In this document: positions 36,914 to 46,951 of the stretch, piece after piece
How positions within the stretch are numbered: the first letter of the stretch is position 1
How the letters are laid out: each line of letters begins with the position of its first letter
From: SAR202 cluster bacterium Io17-Chloro-G2
GTDB taxonomy: Bacteria > Chloroflexota > Dehalococcoidia > Lucifugimonadales > UBA3495
Length of the DNA stretch: 64,000 bases
NCBI GenBank assembly: GCA_002816875.1
Contig: MUCP01000010.1
Coordinates: 2,254 to 66,253, forward strand
Direction: 5' to 3'
Program-made: the position numbers and the translations under genes
The notes under the pieces: generated by a model
What the model was told of the DNA's origin: nothing
Database searches by the model: none
Seen by the model: the letters and a program-made list of their open reading frames with translations, nothing else

Positions 36914-38071
36914 ATGCCGGACCTGATGTTGACCGAGGAAGAGCGGATGCTGCAAAGCACGGTCCGAGAATTCGTTGACCGGGAGGTTGCCCCCAGGGCT
37001 AAAGAAGTGGACCAGTCGGAGACCTTTTCCTGGGAGAACTGGAATGGTATGGCCAGGCTGGGGTTGATGGGCATCGGCATTGATGCCGCCTACGGAGGCA
37101 ACGGCTCTGGGGGGTACCGGCACGTGGCCATCGTAGCCGAGGAAGTGGCCCGGGGCGACGCCTCGGCCAGCGTCAGCCTGCTGGCCCACCTATCACTGGG
37201 GACTACCACGATAGCGTGGTTTGGCAACGATGAGCAGAAAAAGCGGTTGGTCCCGTCTCTGGCCACTGGAAAGGGTGTTGCCGCCTGGGCGCTCACCGAG
37301 CCCGGAAGCGGGTCCGACGCCGCCGCCCTTCGCACGACCGCCACCGAGCGTGATGGGACCTATTTTCTAAATGGCAGCAAGACATTTATCACCAATGCCA
37401 GCGTGGCCGAGTCCATCGTGGTTTTCGCTACTCAGGACGCCTCAAAGGGTCACCGGGGCATCAGTGCCTTCGTGGTGGAAAGGGACTCTCCGGGACTTCA
37501 GATAAACCCTCTCCACGGCAAGATGGGGATTCGCGGTTCTTCCACTGATGAAGTGGTATTTCAAGACACCCCGGTGCCGGCGCGCAACCTGCTTGGCCAA
37601 GAAGGCCAGGGTTTTAAATACGCCATGGAGATATTGGATTCCAGCCGGATCATCATAGCGGCCCAATGCCTGGGCATCGGCCAATCGGCCCTGGAGGCGG
37701 CCGTGCGCTACGCCCAGCAACGGGAGACCTTTGGCAAGCCCATCGCCCAGCACCAAGCCATCCAGTTCATGCTGGCCGACATGGCCACGGAGATCCACGC
37801 CGCGAGGGTGGCGACGATGCATTCCGCAACGTTGAAAGACCAGGGTCTGCCCTTCTTGATGGAAGCGTCCATGGCCAAACTACTGGCTTCGGAAATGTGC
37901 GTGAACGTATCTTCCAAGGCGATTCAGGTCCACGGAGGCATCGGCTATTTCCAAGAGACGGGGGTCGAACGAATCTTCCGGGATGCCAGGGTCACCACCA
38001 TCTACGAGGGAACTTCCGAAGTGCAGCGGCTTGTCATCGCCCGGCAGTTGATGGCCAGATATGCCTTGTAA
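36914..38071 (+). CDS. Acyl-CoA dehydrogenase (short/medium-chain type)
   Basis: 385 aa. ...WALTEPGSGSDAA..., ...FITNA..., ...QVHGGIGY..., C-terminal TIYEGTSEVQR. Confidence 0.9.
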   Translation: MPDLMLTEEERMLQSTVREFVDREVAPRAKEVDQSETFSWENWNGMARLGLMGIGIDAAYGGNGSGGYRHVAIVAEEVARGDASASVSLLAHLSLGTTTIAWFGNDEQKKRLVPSLATGKGVAAWALTEPGSGSDAAALRTTATERDGTYFLNGSKTFITNASVAESIVVFATQDASKGHRGISAFVVERDSPGLQINPLHGKMGIRGSSTDEVVFQDTPVPARNLLGQEGQGFKYAMEILDSSRIIIAAQCLGIGQSALEAAVRYAQQRETFGKPIAQHQAIQFMLADMATEIHAARVATMHSATLKDQGLPFLMEASMAKLLASEMCVNVSSKAIQVHGGIGYFQETGVERIFRDARVTTIYEGTSEVQRLVIARQLMARYAL

Positions 38072-38148
38072 CGGTCTCCGCCAAAAAAAATAGAATGAAC
38101 AAGAATGGATGAAACAAAGTATGAGGTATCAATGATCAAGGTAAGCGC

Positions 38149-38571
38149 ATGGTGACGGAAACCTGCACCGTGAATTACGTCGACCACGTTGGCATCGCAG
38201 TCAAAGACATAGAGGCTGCTCTCGTATTCTTTGGCCAGGTGTTCGATACGCCCCCGGCTCAAGTGGAAGAGTTGGCTGATCAGGGGGTGCGCGCCACCCT
38301 GATTCAGGTGGGACAGACCCGTCTGGAACTGCTGGAGCCACTGACCCCGGAAAGCGCCGTAGGACGCTTCATAGAACGCCGAGGTGAGGGTCTGCATCAC
38401 CTGGCCCTCAACGTGTCGGACATAGGCGGCAAGCTTAGGACGCTGGAAAACAAAGGTATCCGATTGGTCGATAAGGAACCAAGGGAGGGCCTGTCGGGCT
38501 CAATTGCGTTCATACACCCGGCGTCGGTTTTTGGAGTGCTCACCGAGTTGGTGGAAAGCACTGGCCCGTGA
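38149..38571 (+). CDS. mce: Methylmalonyl-CoA epimerase (VOC fold)
   Basis: VDHVGIAVKDIEAA..., ...ELLEPL...SAVGRFIERRGEGLHHLAL..., FIHPAS..GVLTELVE. Genomic context with the MCM subunits supports the call. Confidence 0.8.
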   Translation: MVTETCTVNYVDHVGIAVKDIEAALVFFGQVFDTPPAQVEELADQGVRATLIQVGQTRLELLEPLTPESAVGRFIERRGEGLHHLALNVSDIGGKLRTLENKGIRLVDKEPREGLSGSIAFIHPASVFGVLTELVESTGP

Positions 38572-38612
38572 CCGGGGCGAATGATCCATGTTGATCAATA
38601 CGGAAGGCAAGA

Positions 38613-39026
38613 ATGACTCAAAATATTAGACCCACCCGGGTTTTGGTGGCGAAGCCTGGTCTCGACGGCCACGACCGGGGCGCAAAAGTCATCGCCAGGG
38701 CATTGCGGGATGCAGGGATGGAGGTGATTTACACTGGGATCCGCCAGACCCCACAGATGATCTCCCAAGCAGCCAGCCAGGAGGACGTGGACGTTTTGGG
38801 GTTGAGCATCCTTTCCGGCGCCCACATGGAGATCCTGCCGGAGTTGATGGCGTTATTGGAGCAGGCGGGAATGGGCGGGGTGATGGTGATTGTGGGCGGC
38901 ATAATCCCGGAAGGCGACCGGAAGCTGCTGATAGATTTGGGCATCAAAGGCGTGTTCGGCCCCGGCGCGTCAACAGGAGAGATAGTCCGGTTCATCGAAT
39001 CAGGGATGGAAACCCCCGGGCAGTAA
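38613..39026 (+). CDS. Methylmalonyl-CoA mutase small subunit (cobalamin-binding domain)
   Basis: [18 protein letters not shown] (DxHxxG B12 motif), ...[12 protein letters not shown]..., GGIIP. Confidence 0.85.
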   Translation: MTQNIRPTRVLVAKPGLDGHDRGAKVIARALRDAGMEVIYTGIRQTPQMISQAASQEDVDVLGLSILSGAHMEILPELMALLEQAGMGGVMVIVGGIIPEGDRKLLIDLGIKGVFGPGASTGEIVRFIESGMETPGQ

Positions 39027-39130
39027 GGCGTTTCGCCGGCCGGCGGTTCGATCCTCGGGTCTTTCAAGGGTCCAGCCAGCCGTAATTCAGTCTGCCAGTG
39101 CAATCTTGCCGGTTCCAGGATGCGATTGCC

Positions 39131-39161
39131 TTGACATCCGGCCAGACAAGACGCTTATAAT
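39131..39161 (+). promoter_or_regulatory. Sigma-70-like promoter candidate upstream of yceD-rpmF
   Basis: TTGACA (39131-39136) and TATAAT (39156-39161). The spacer is 19 nt, or 18 nt to TTATAA, which is slightly long. Confidence 0.4.
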
Positions 39162-39185
39162 TACCCCCGTATTTCGGCGGAGATA

Positions 39186-39719
39186 GTGCCGTCAATGCAA
39201 TATAATGTAGCACAATTGCTGCGAGAGCCTACGGGCTCAACCCGCAGCTTCTTAGTTGAAAGAACATTTGCAGGCGGGCCAGAATCCCCTGAGGGACCTC
39301 AGGGTGAGGTGCGTATATTGCGCACCCATCAGGGAGTCCTGGTGAATGCCGAAATCCAAGTTGAGGCGAATCTCACCTGTAGCCGTTGTTTACGCGGTTT
39401 CCCACGGTCATCATCCCTCCACATCGAAGAAGAGTTCCTCGCTGCCGTTGACTTCTCCACAGGGCGTAGTATTGACCTACCTTCCGACGATGAGCCGATC
39501 TTCATTATTGATGAAGACAACGTAGTTGATTTGTCAGAGGCGTTGAGACAATACGTGATTGCGGATGAACCGATGAAACCATTGTGCCAGGCTGAGTGTT
39601 TGGGCTTGTGTCACGTTTGCGGCAACGACTTGAACCAGGGAATTTGTAAATGTGACGCAGGTTCGATGGACCCCAGGTGGAGGGCGCTGGCCGGATTGTT
39701 GAACACGGGCAGTGATTAG
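39186..39719 (+). CDS. yceD: YceD/DUF177 family protein (large-subunit rRNA accumulation protein)
   Basis: ...LTCSRCL... and ...CKCD... Cys pairs, conserved position immediately upstream of rpmF. Start is GTG 39186 or ATG 39195. Confidence 0.75.
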   Translation: MPSMQYNVAQLLREPTGSTRSFLVERTFAGGPESPEGPQGEVRILRTHQGVLVNAEIQVEANLTCSRCLRGFPRSSSLHIEEEFLAAVDFSTGRSIDLPSDDEPIFIIDEDNVVDLSEALRQYVIADEPMKPLCQAECLGLCHVCGNDLNQGICKCDAGSMDPRWRALAGLLNTGSD

Positions 39720-39838
39720 CCGCCGGGCAAACAGAGATCAGATCGCCGGAGTTTCGTTAGCCGCCGGCGGAAACGAAGAAGACTTTATATAAGGAGAGGC
39801 CGGATTCGAATCAACCGGCCGGAGTAGGAAGACAGGAA

Positions 39839-40021
39839 ATGGGCGCAGTACCTAATAAGAAACTGACCAGGGCGAGGAAGGGACGCAGGCTCAACTCCCA
39901 CAAGTTGAGCCCGGTGCATCCTTCTGTTTGCCCCCAGTGCCGAACAGCTAAATTGCCTCACATGGTCTGCCCCCAATGTGGGTTCTACCGGGGACGGCAA
40001 GTGGTGGGTTTGGAAGCCTAG
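39839..40021 (+). CDS. rpmF: 50S ribosomal protein L32
   Basis: MGAVPNKKLTRARKGRR... with CPQC...CPQC zinc ribbon, 60 aa. Confidence 0.9.
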   Translation: MGAVPNKKLTRARKGRRLNSHKLSPVHPSVCPQCRTAKLPHMVCPQCGFYRGRQVVGLEA

Positions 40022-41072
40022 AGGACGCAGTGTACAAATTGCCGCCGGAGTAATACAATGCGGCGCTAATTGTAGCGCTAACCGGCCGGCGGTCAATTGT
40101 GGTGGAGGCACTACGAACACACGATTAGAAGAAAAAAAGGCTTATGTCTTCCCGGGGCAGGGGTCCCAAAGCGTTGGCATGGGTTTGGAACTTTACAACA
40201 CTTCTCCGGCTGCCCGGGAAGTGTTTCAAGAGGCTGATGACAGTCTGGGGATCAAGCTGTCCAAGCTGATCTTCCGCGGTCCAGACGCCAGGCTGAAAAA
40301 CACCGCAAATTCCCAGCCCGCCATCATGACGGTGAGCATCGCCTGTTGGAAGGCGTGGGAAGAGCAGGCCGGCGCCGGGGCCAAGCCCCCTGATATGGTG
40401 GCCGGGCACAGCCTGGGTGAATATACATCCATGGTTGTGGCGGGGGTCACCAGTTTCTCCGACGCGGTGCAGTTGGTTAGAAAGCGCGGGCAGTTGATGC
40501 AGCAGGCCGCGGTAAACCGGCCGGGGGGCATGGCGGCCATAATAGGCCTCGAAGAAATGGCCTTTGCAGCCATCTGCGCCGAGACCGGCGTTGAGGTCGC
40601 CAATATCAACAGCGAAGACCAGATCGTGATCAGCGGCGACAAGATCGCCGTGGCCCAAGCTATGGACTTGGCTTCCGCCCGAGGCGCCAAGAAAACGATT
40701 ACCCTCCCCGTCAGCGGGGCCTTTCATTCGTCATTGATGCTAAAGGCCAAAGAAGGATTGGAGTCGGCAGTCGAATCCCTGGCGTTCAACGATCCCACCG
40801 TTCCAATCATTGCCAACTCCGACTGTTCCCACCTGACAAATGTCGTTCAAATCAAAGAGGAGTTGGTCAACGGACTCTGCCAATGCGTCCAATGGAAAGA
40901 GTCGGTACAGTCGATGGTCAACTCTGGGGTTTCCGAATTCGTGGAGTTTGGTCCGGCCGGGGTCCTGTCGGGCCTGATTCGAAGGATCGACCGGGGGGTT
41001 CAAGCGACCGCGGTGACCGGCCCAGATTCGATTAACAAACTCGCCGAACGGGTAGCCAATATCGGCGGCTGA
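39978..41072 (+). CDS. fabD: Malonyl-CoA:ACP transacylase; start codon uncertain
   Basis: The conserved core begins at about 40137 (KAYVFPGQGSQSVGMG), with GHSLGEY active site and ...SGAFHS... The only canonical in-frame start upstream of the core is GTG at 39978, inside rpmF. Confidence 0.8.
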   Translation: MGSTGDGKWWVWKPRGRSVQIAAGVIQCGANCSANRPAVNCGGGTTNTRLEEKKAYVFPGQGSQSVGMGLELYNTSPAAREVFQEADDSLGIKLSKLIFRGPDARLKNTANSQPAIMTVSIACWKAWEEQAGAGAKPPDMVAGHSLGEYTSMVVAGVTSFSDAVQLVRKRGQLMQQAAVNRPGGMAAIIGLEEMAFAAICAETGVEVANINSEDQIVISGDKIAVAQAMDLASARGAKKTITLPVSGAFHSSLMLKAKEGLESAVESLAFNDPTVPIIANSDCSHLTNVVQIKEELVNGLCQCVQWKESVQSMVNSGVSEFVEFGPAGVLSGLIRRIDRGVQATAVTGPDSINKLAERVANIGG

Positions 41073-41090
41073 GATTGGTATAATCGGCGT

Positions 41091-41555
41091 ATGCCACAGT
41101 CGATCTCAGCAGACCTAAAACGAAAAGCCAGGATGGCGGCGTTGCAATCTCTGTTCGCCGCCGATGTCAAAGACAACCTCGAAGAATCATGCCTGGACTG
41201 GCTCACCGAGGAAGACTCCCTGTCCGAAGAGACGGCGACATTCGCTGAAGCGCTTTTCAAAGGTGTGGCGGGGAATCGGCCGGGGCTTGACGACATCACA
41301 CAAAGATATGCTCCTGCTTGGCCGGTGGACCAGTTAGCCTTGGTAGACCGGAACATCTTGCGAATCGCGCTGTTTGAGTTGTTGCATAACCCTGACACTC
41401 CGGAGAAAACGGCAATCAACGAAGCCGTAGAGTTGGCCAAAGCATTTGGCAGCGAAAGCTCGGCCAGGTTTGTCAATGGTGTGCTGGGATCGGTGATGAC
41501 GGGGCTGGAGACGGGCGAACTGGTGGCCGGGATTCCGGCGCCGGAAGGGGGATGA
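41091..41555 (+). CDS. nusB: Transcription antitermination factor NusB
   Basis: ...[10 protein letters not shown]..., ...[14 protein letters not shown]..., [11 protein letters not shown]....RFVNGVLG. Confidence 0.85.
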   Translation: MPQSISADLKRKARMAALQSLFAADVKDNLEESCLDWLTEEDSLSEETATFAEALFKGVAGNRPGLDDITQRYAPAWPVDQLALVDRNILRIALFELLHNPDTPEKTAINEAVELAKAFGSESSARFVNGVLGSVMTGLETGELVAGIPAPEGG

Positions 41556-41559
41556 TGGC

Positions 41560-41820
41560 GTGCCCACAGTTTATGAACGAGTAAAAACGGTAGTGGTCGA
41601 TAAGTTGGGAGTCGAAGAGGCAGACGTTAATGAGGATGCCTCCTTCGTTGAAAACCTGAACGCAGACTCGCTGGACTTGGTCGAGCTGATAATGGCTTTC
41701 GAGGAGGAATTCACCACCGATGATAACCCGGTGGAGATTTCCGATGACGACGCGGGTAATATCGCAACCATCAAAGACGCCGTAACCTACCTCAAGGGAC
41801 ACGGTGTGAAAGACGGTTAG
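41560..41820 (+). CDS. acpP: Acyl carrier protein
   Basis: ...[19 protein letters not shown]... phosphopantetheine Ser motif, 86 aa, GTG start. Confidence 0.9.
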   Translation: MPTVYERVKTVVVDKLGVEEADVNEDASFVENLNADSLDLVELIMAFEEEFTTDDNPVEISDDDAGNIATIKDAVTYLKGHGVKDG

Positions 41821-42163
41821 GAGATTGTCCCCTCGGAGCACAAACCCAGACGGGCCCGATTCCGGCTTCACCAAGGTTTTTTAGCCATACAATTTAGTTC
41901 CTCAAGTCTGCTGGGCCGGCGCATCGCATCCAATATGATGTGGATTTTTGTTCGCCCATGTTCCAGTCCTCAGCGCTCTGTTCTACGATTACGCCCCTTG
42001 GCTGGTAATACATCTCCGTGGCAGGGTTGATAACATACTTTTAGAGACTCCAGCATGGACTCCGGCTGCAGCACCTTGGATTCAGGCGTTCCATCGATTC
42101 CGTTTTATGGTTCCAACAAAAGGGCTGGTAAGATTCAACTAGGGTAGATGGGAGGCGGGGCTC

Positions 42164-42805
42164 ATGAACAACCTTGAAGAAATCGCCTGGCTGGTCAACC
42201 GGTGCGCCGACTGCGAATTGTCCCGAGGCAGGAATAAAGCCGTGCCCGGCGAGGGTTCTCCTCAAGCCGATTTGATGTTCATCGGCGAAGGTCCGGGATA
42301 TCACGAAGATCGTTTGGGCAGGCCATTTGTGGGCCCGGCCGGTCAATTTCTGGATGACCTGCTGATGTCCATAGGACTAAAGCGGGCGGATGTTTTCATA
42401 GCCAACATGGTGAAATGCCGTCCGCCCCAGAACCGGGACCCACTACCGGCGGAGATGTCGGCCTGCTCCAAGTACCTGGACCGGCAGATCGAATTGATTG
42501 ATCCCAAGTTGATTATCACCTTGGGAAGATTTTCCCTGACCCGGTTTTTTCCCGGAGAAACCATCACCCGCGCCCGGGGCAAGGTCAGGGAAAAAGAAGG
42601 CCGGTGGATATACCCGATCATGCATCCGGCCGCGGCGTTGCACCGTGAAGAGAATCGCTCGACCATAGTCAGCGATTTCAAAGAAATACCCCGGATCTTG
42701 GAAAGACTAGACCGGCCAAGTTCTCCTTTAATGGAGGACCAACCGGTGGAGCCCCAGAAAGCAACCGCTCCTCAGGCGCAGCAACTCTCCCTTTTCTCGT
42801 CGTGA
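42164..42805 (+). CDS. Uracil-DNA glycosylase, family 4
   Basis: C..C.L......VPGEG.....LMFIGEGPGYHED....PFVGPAG and MVKCRPP motifs. Confidence 0.85.
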   Translation: MNNLEEIAWLVNRCADCELSRGRNKAVPGEGSPQADLMFIGEGPGYHEDRLGRPFVGPAGQFLDDLLMSIGLKRADVFIANMVKCRPPQNRDPLPAEMSACSKYLDRQIELIDPKLIITLGRFSLTRFFPGETITRARGKVREKEGRWIYPIMHPAAALHREENRSTIVSDFKEIPRILERLDRPSSPLMEDQPVEPQKATAPQAQQLSLFSS

Positions 42806-42837
42806 AGATCCACTAAAAATCTTAATCGAATAGGCAG

Positions 42838-44508
42838 TTGACCAATTTGAATCCAGACATACGTATCATTCCCCTGGGTGGACTGGGGGAGATCGGCAAA
42901 AACATGATGGCCATAGAGTGCGGCGATGACATCATCGTCGTAGACTGCGGCGTTCAATTCCCCGACGACAACATGCCTGGGGTTGACCTCATCGTCCCAG
43001 ACGCGTCTTACCTGGTGGAGCGGATCGACCGGGTGCGGGGGATCCTGATAACCCACGGACACGAAGACCACATCGGCGCCCTGCCTTTCGTGCTGCCCCG
43101 GTTGGGCGTCCCGGTGTACGCTCCCCGGCTGGCCCACGGATTGATCACGGCCAAGCTGAAGGAGCACCGGGCCACCAGGGGCGCAACGGTAGAAGACATT
43201 GAACCCGGGACCTCATACCAGTTTGGCCAACATATGAAGGCCACCTGGTTCCGGGTTTGCCACAGCATTCCCGACGCCATGGGAATCGCCATCGAGACCC
43301 CGAGCGGTGTGATAGTCCACACCGGCGATTTCAAGATCGACCACACGCCGGTCGATGGTAAGACCATGGATCTGGCGGCATTGGCCCACTACGGCACTCA
43401 AGGGGTGCTGCTGCTGCTGTCCGACTCCACCTACGCCGAAGTCCCGGGTTACACCACGTCGGAGAAGGTGGTGGGCGAGGCGCTGGACCGGGCTATCCGT
43501 GACGCTCCGGGCCGGGTGATGGTTGCCACATTCGCATCTCTGATCTCCCGGATCCAGTTGGTGGTGGACGCGGCTGTCCGTTACAACCGGAAAGTCAGCA
43601 TCGTGGGCCGCAGCATGGTGGACAGCGTCAATGTGGCGGTTGAGTTGGGATATCTGAAAATTCCCGATGGCATCTTGGTTTCCCTTAACCAAAGCCGTCA
43701 GCTGCCGCCGGAAGAGGTGGTGCTGATGACCACCGGCAGCCAGGGCGAGCCGACTTCAGCCCTGGTGCGCATTGCGAACCAGGACCATAGAGAGGTGACC
43801 GTCACGTCCGGCGATACGGTGATCATCTCGGCCACGCCGATACCCGGCAACGAACTGGGGGTCAGCCGCACTATAGACAACCTGTTGCGCCAGGGCGCCA
43901 CGGTGCTATATGACCGCATTGCCCTGGTGCACGTCCACGGCCACGCCAGCCAGGAGGAGCTGAAAATGGTCCTCAGCCTGGTGCGGCCGCGTTATTTTGT
44001 GCCGGTGCATGGAGAATACCGCCATCTTATGGCCCACGCCCAGTTGGCCTGGGACCTGGGATTGGCCGAGTCAGGGATCTTTGTCTTGGAGGACGGCGAC
44101 GTACTGCAGATAGCCGATGAAGGAGCCCGGGTGGTTGAGTCGGTGCCGGCGGGTCCGATCTACATCGATGGGCTGACCACCCACGACAACCGGAGCGAGG
44201 TGCTCAGCCAGCGCCGGTCCCTGTCCCAGGATGGTGTGGTGGTCATAGTGGTAAACACGGATAAACACACAGGCATTCCATCGTCGGAGCCCAAGGTGGT
44301 GGCCAGTGGGTTTATGGACGCCGGGGAAACGGTGGACCTGTTCCAGCAATTGAGCGAAGCGTTGGCGGAAGAGATCAAAGATTTTGGGCATTTATCCTGT
44401 CAGCCCGATGAGATGAAGTCCAAAGTCCGGGAAACTGCCCGAAAGTTTCTGAGTTCCGAAACCCGTCGAAGGCCTATCATTATCCCCATACTTTTACGGG
44501 AAGATTGA
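42838..44508 (+). CDS. rnj: Ribonuclease J (metallo-beta-lactamase / beta-CASP)
   Basis: IIPLGGLGEIGKNM, ITHGHEDHIG, ...DSTYAE..., ...HVHGHASQEEL... TTG start. Confidence 0.85.
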   Translation: MTNLNPDIRIIPLGGLGEIGKNMMAIECGDDIIVVDCGVQFPDDNMPGVDLIVPDASYLVERIDRVRGILITHGHEDHIGALPFVLPRLGVPVYAPRLAHGLITAKLKEHRATRGATVEDIEPGTSYQFGQHMKATWFRVCHSIPDAMGIAIETPSGVIVHTGDFKIDHTPVDGKTMDLAALAHYGTQGVLLLLSDSTYAEVPGYTTSEKVVGEALDRAIRDAPGRVMVATFASLISRIQLVVDAAVRYNRKVSIVGRSMVDSVNVAVELGYLKIPDGILVSLNQSRQLPPEEVVLMTTGSQGEPTSALVRIANQDHREVTVTSGDTVIISATPIPGNELGVSRTIDNLLRQGATVLYDRIALVHVHGHASQEELKMVLSLVRPRYFVPVHGEYRHLMAHAQLAWDLGLAESGIFVLEDGDVLQIADEGARVVESVPAGPIYIDGLTTHDNRSEVLSQRRSLSQDGVVVIVVNTDKHTGIPSSEPKVVASGFMDAGETVDLFQQLSEALAEEIKDFGHLSCQPDEMKSKVRETARKFLSSETRRRPIIIPILLRED

Positions 44509-44521
44509 TTCGGAGGTCTTG

Positions 44522-46717
44522 ATGGCCCTTGCCATTAGAGGGGTCCGCGGTGGGGCCCGCGTCACGGTTGGTCTGTTCAAATTGGCGGGAAGGCTGAAAC
44601 CACGCCGGGTTGGCGATATCCTGGCTTTGTTGGCTGTTTTTATCGGGGTGACCATCGTGTGGCGGCACGCCCCGGCCAATGAATGGGCCGTGGGAGCCCT
44701 GGCATATGCCTGGGTCCCAGTGGTCTTATGGATTGGCGCTGCCGCGCTCACGCTGCGGTTTCAGCGGCGCTTTTTGCTCCGGTTCTGGCAATGGTGGGGT
44801 CTGGCCGCCGGAGCGGCGGCGGCCCTGACGGGTATTCTTTCCCTGATCCATCCCCAGTTCGGCTTGATGGCTGAAGTAAGCCTGGGGGGGCGTTGGGGCA
44901 GCGCTATCGGCGGAAGCCCGCTGGCGTTGGCACTGCTCAAGATAAGCGCCATTATGATCCTGACCCCGCTGGCCATGTTCCCCCGCCAAGTCGGGATATT
45001 TTACGGGCTGGTTTTGAGCCGTGCCGGTGCGGGGTTGAGATTGACGTCCGTTTATCTCTACCGGGCGGCGCTGCGAACGGCGGCACATTCCGCCGCGGTA
45101 AGGAAATCAAGCGATCCAGTGGAAGATGACTCAGAGTACCATTGGGAAGTCCCAAACGAGGCTCTGACAAGCGCCGCCCCGGATGAACATGGTGTTTGGG
45201 ACGGGATCGAGCCAAGGAAAGTACCGGAACTGGATTCGACAGTTGAAGAGAAGCCAGAGGGCGCTTCCCCGCCCGTTGCAGGCGCCGGCCCCGGCGGCAG
45301 CCCCGGACTAAGTTGGCAATTGCCATCGATAGAATTGCTCTCGGCGGGAGAACGCCGCCAATCCGTGGGAGCATCGCTGGACAAGATGGCCCGGCTGGTT
45401 GAAAGTACCCTTGGCGAGCACGGTGTGAGCGTTGCGGTCAAAGACATCAAAGCCGGACCTAGGATCGTCCGGTTCGGCCTGGTGCCGGGTTGGACCGGCA
45501 GGCAAAGCGAAGAAGGGCCTGCGGAGACGGCCCGGGTCAAAGGCGAAAATAGCCGAGTTAAGGTCCAGAGTATCTTGACCAGAGAAAAGGACCTGGCGCT
45601 GGCCCTGAAAACCCCCTATCTAAGGTTGGAAGCGCCCGTTCCAGGAGAGGCCTTGGTGGGATTGGAAGTGCCAAGCCCATCCCCCGCCAAGGTGACCCTG
45701 CGTGAGGTCATGGAAAGCCCGCCTTTTAACCAAATGATTGCCAAAGGCGGCTTGCCCATCGCCCTGGGTCAGGACACCGGAGGCAGCCCGGTGGTGATGG
45801 ACCTGGCGACGCTGCCCCACCTGCTGATAGCGGGATCCACCGGCAGCGGAAAAAGTGTTTGTATAAACTCGGTTGTGGCTTCGATGTTGTTGACCAAGCC
45901 GCCGGACCAGCTACGCCTCATGATGGTGGATCCCAAGCGAGTGGAACTGACTCCCTTCAACGGGATACCCCACCTGGTCACGCCGGTGATCGTGGATGTG
46001 GACGAAGTCAACAATGCGTTGCGCGCTCTGATGCGTGAGATGATGCGCCGGTACCGGCAAATGGAGGAGATCGGCGCCCGCAATATCGCCGGTTACAATG
46101 CCAAGTCCAAAGAATCAATGCCTTATCTAGTACTTATAGTTGACGAACTGGCAGACCTGATGATGAGCGGCGGCTTTCAGGTGGAGCAGAATTTGATTCG
46201 GCTGGCCCAATTGGGCAGGGCCACGGGTATTCATTTGGTTCTTGCTACCCAGAGACCGTCGGTGACGGTGGTCACCGGACTACTTAAAGCTAATATCGTC
46301 GCCCGGGTGGCCTTTGCAGTTGCATCCCAAGTGGACTCACGCGTGATCCTAGACATGGTTGGCGCCGAAAAGCTTTTGGGTAAAGGCGACATGCTGTTGC
46401 TGAGCAACGATTCCCCTAAGCCCCGCAGGGTTCAGGGCACGTTGGTGAACGACCCGGAAATCGACCGCCTGGTGGAATTCTGGCTGGGCCAACAGGGACC
46501 GTCCTTGCCTGTGATCACAATGGTAGAGGATGACGACGGGGATCTTGATGAGGATGATGACCAGGACCAAGAGTTGTTGGACCAGGCTAGAGACTTGGCC
46601 CTGAACAATCCACACCTTTCTTCGTCGTTTTTGGAACGCCGGCTAAAGGTGGGAGCCCAGCGCGCCGGCCAGATCATAGAACAGTTGGAAGATGAGGGTC
46701 TCGTCCCCCTGAGATAG
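44522..46717 (+). CDS. ftsK: DNA translocase FtsK/SpoIIIE
   Basis: N-terminal TM segments, motor domain with Walker A GSTGSGKS, Walker B LVLIVDELADL, ATQRPS, and a C-terminal gamma winged helix (...QRAGQIIEQLEDEGLV). Confidence 0.85.
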   Translation: MALAIRGVRGGARVTVGLFKLAGRLKPRRVGDILALLAVFIGVTIVWRHAPANEWAVGALAYAWVPVVLWIGAAALTLRFQRRFLLRFWQWWGLAAGAAAALTGILSLIHPQFGLMAEVSLGGRWGSAIGGSPLALALLKISAIMILTPLAMFPRQVGIFYGLVLSRAGAGLRLTSVYLYRAALRTAAHSAAVRKSSDPVEDDSEYHWEVPNEALTSAAPDEHGVWDGIEPRKVPELDSTVEEKPEGASPPVAGAGPGGSPGLSWQLPSIELLSAGERRQSVGASLDKMARLVESTLGEHGVSVAVKDIKAGPRIVRFGLVPGWTGRQSEEGPAETARVKGENSRVKVQSILTREKDLALALKTPYLRLEAPVPGEALVGLEVPSPSPAKVTLREVMESPPFNQMIAKGGLPIALGQDTGGSPVVMDLATLPHLLIAGSTGSGKSVCINSVVASMLLTKPPDQLRLMMVDPKRVELTPFNGIPHLVTPVIVDVDEVNNALRALMREMMRRYRQMEEIGARNIAGYNAKSKESMPYLVLIVDELADLMMSGGFQVEQNLIRLAQLGRATGIHLVLATQRPSVTVVTGLLKANIVARVAFAVASQVDSRVILDMVGAEKLLGKGDMLLLSNDSPKPRRVQGTLVNDPEIDRLVEFWLGQQGPSLPVITMVEDDDGDLDEDDDQDQELLDQARDLALNNPHLSSSFLERRLKVGAQRAGQIIEQLEDEGLVPLR

Positions 46718-46768
46718 GGTCTAAGGGGGTCTACCGGGGTCTAACATGGTAGCTCTGCCCTCACTTGG

Positions 46769-46791
46769 TCCCTCTCCCGGTAGGAGAGGGA
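46769..46791. repeat. Perfect 9-bp-stem hairpin (tccctctcc-cggta-ggagaggga) within a GC-rich intergenic repeat; a related motif lies at 23271..23330
   Basis: Both loci share ccctctcccg.t.ggag.ggga ... gggtgaggg, read directly. Confidence 0.5.
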
Positions 46792-46951
46792 TGCCGTGGA
46801 TGAAAACGGGGCCGGGTGAGGGTTCTCCCGCTTGAGAGTTCCCAGTGATTACCCCCACCACCCTGCCTCCCAGCGGCAACCTCTTCCCTACGATTAGGCG
46901 GTTTGGTATCATTACTGTATCCCCGGGGCGTTCTCCCTTATCCGCGAATGA

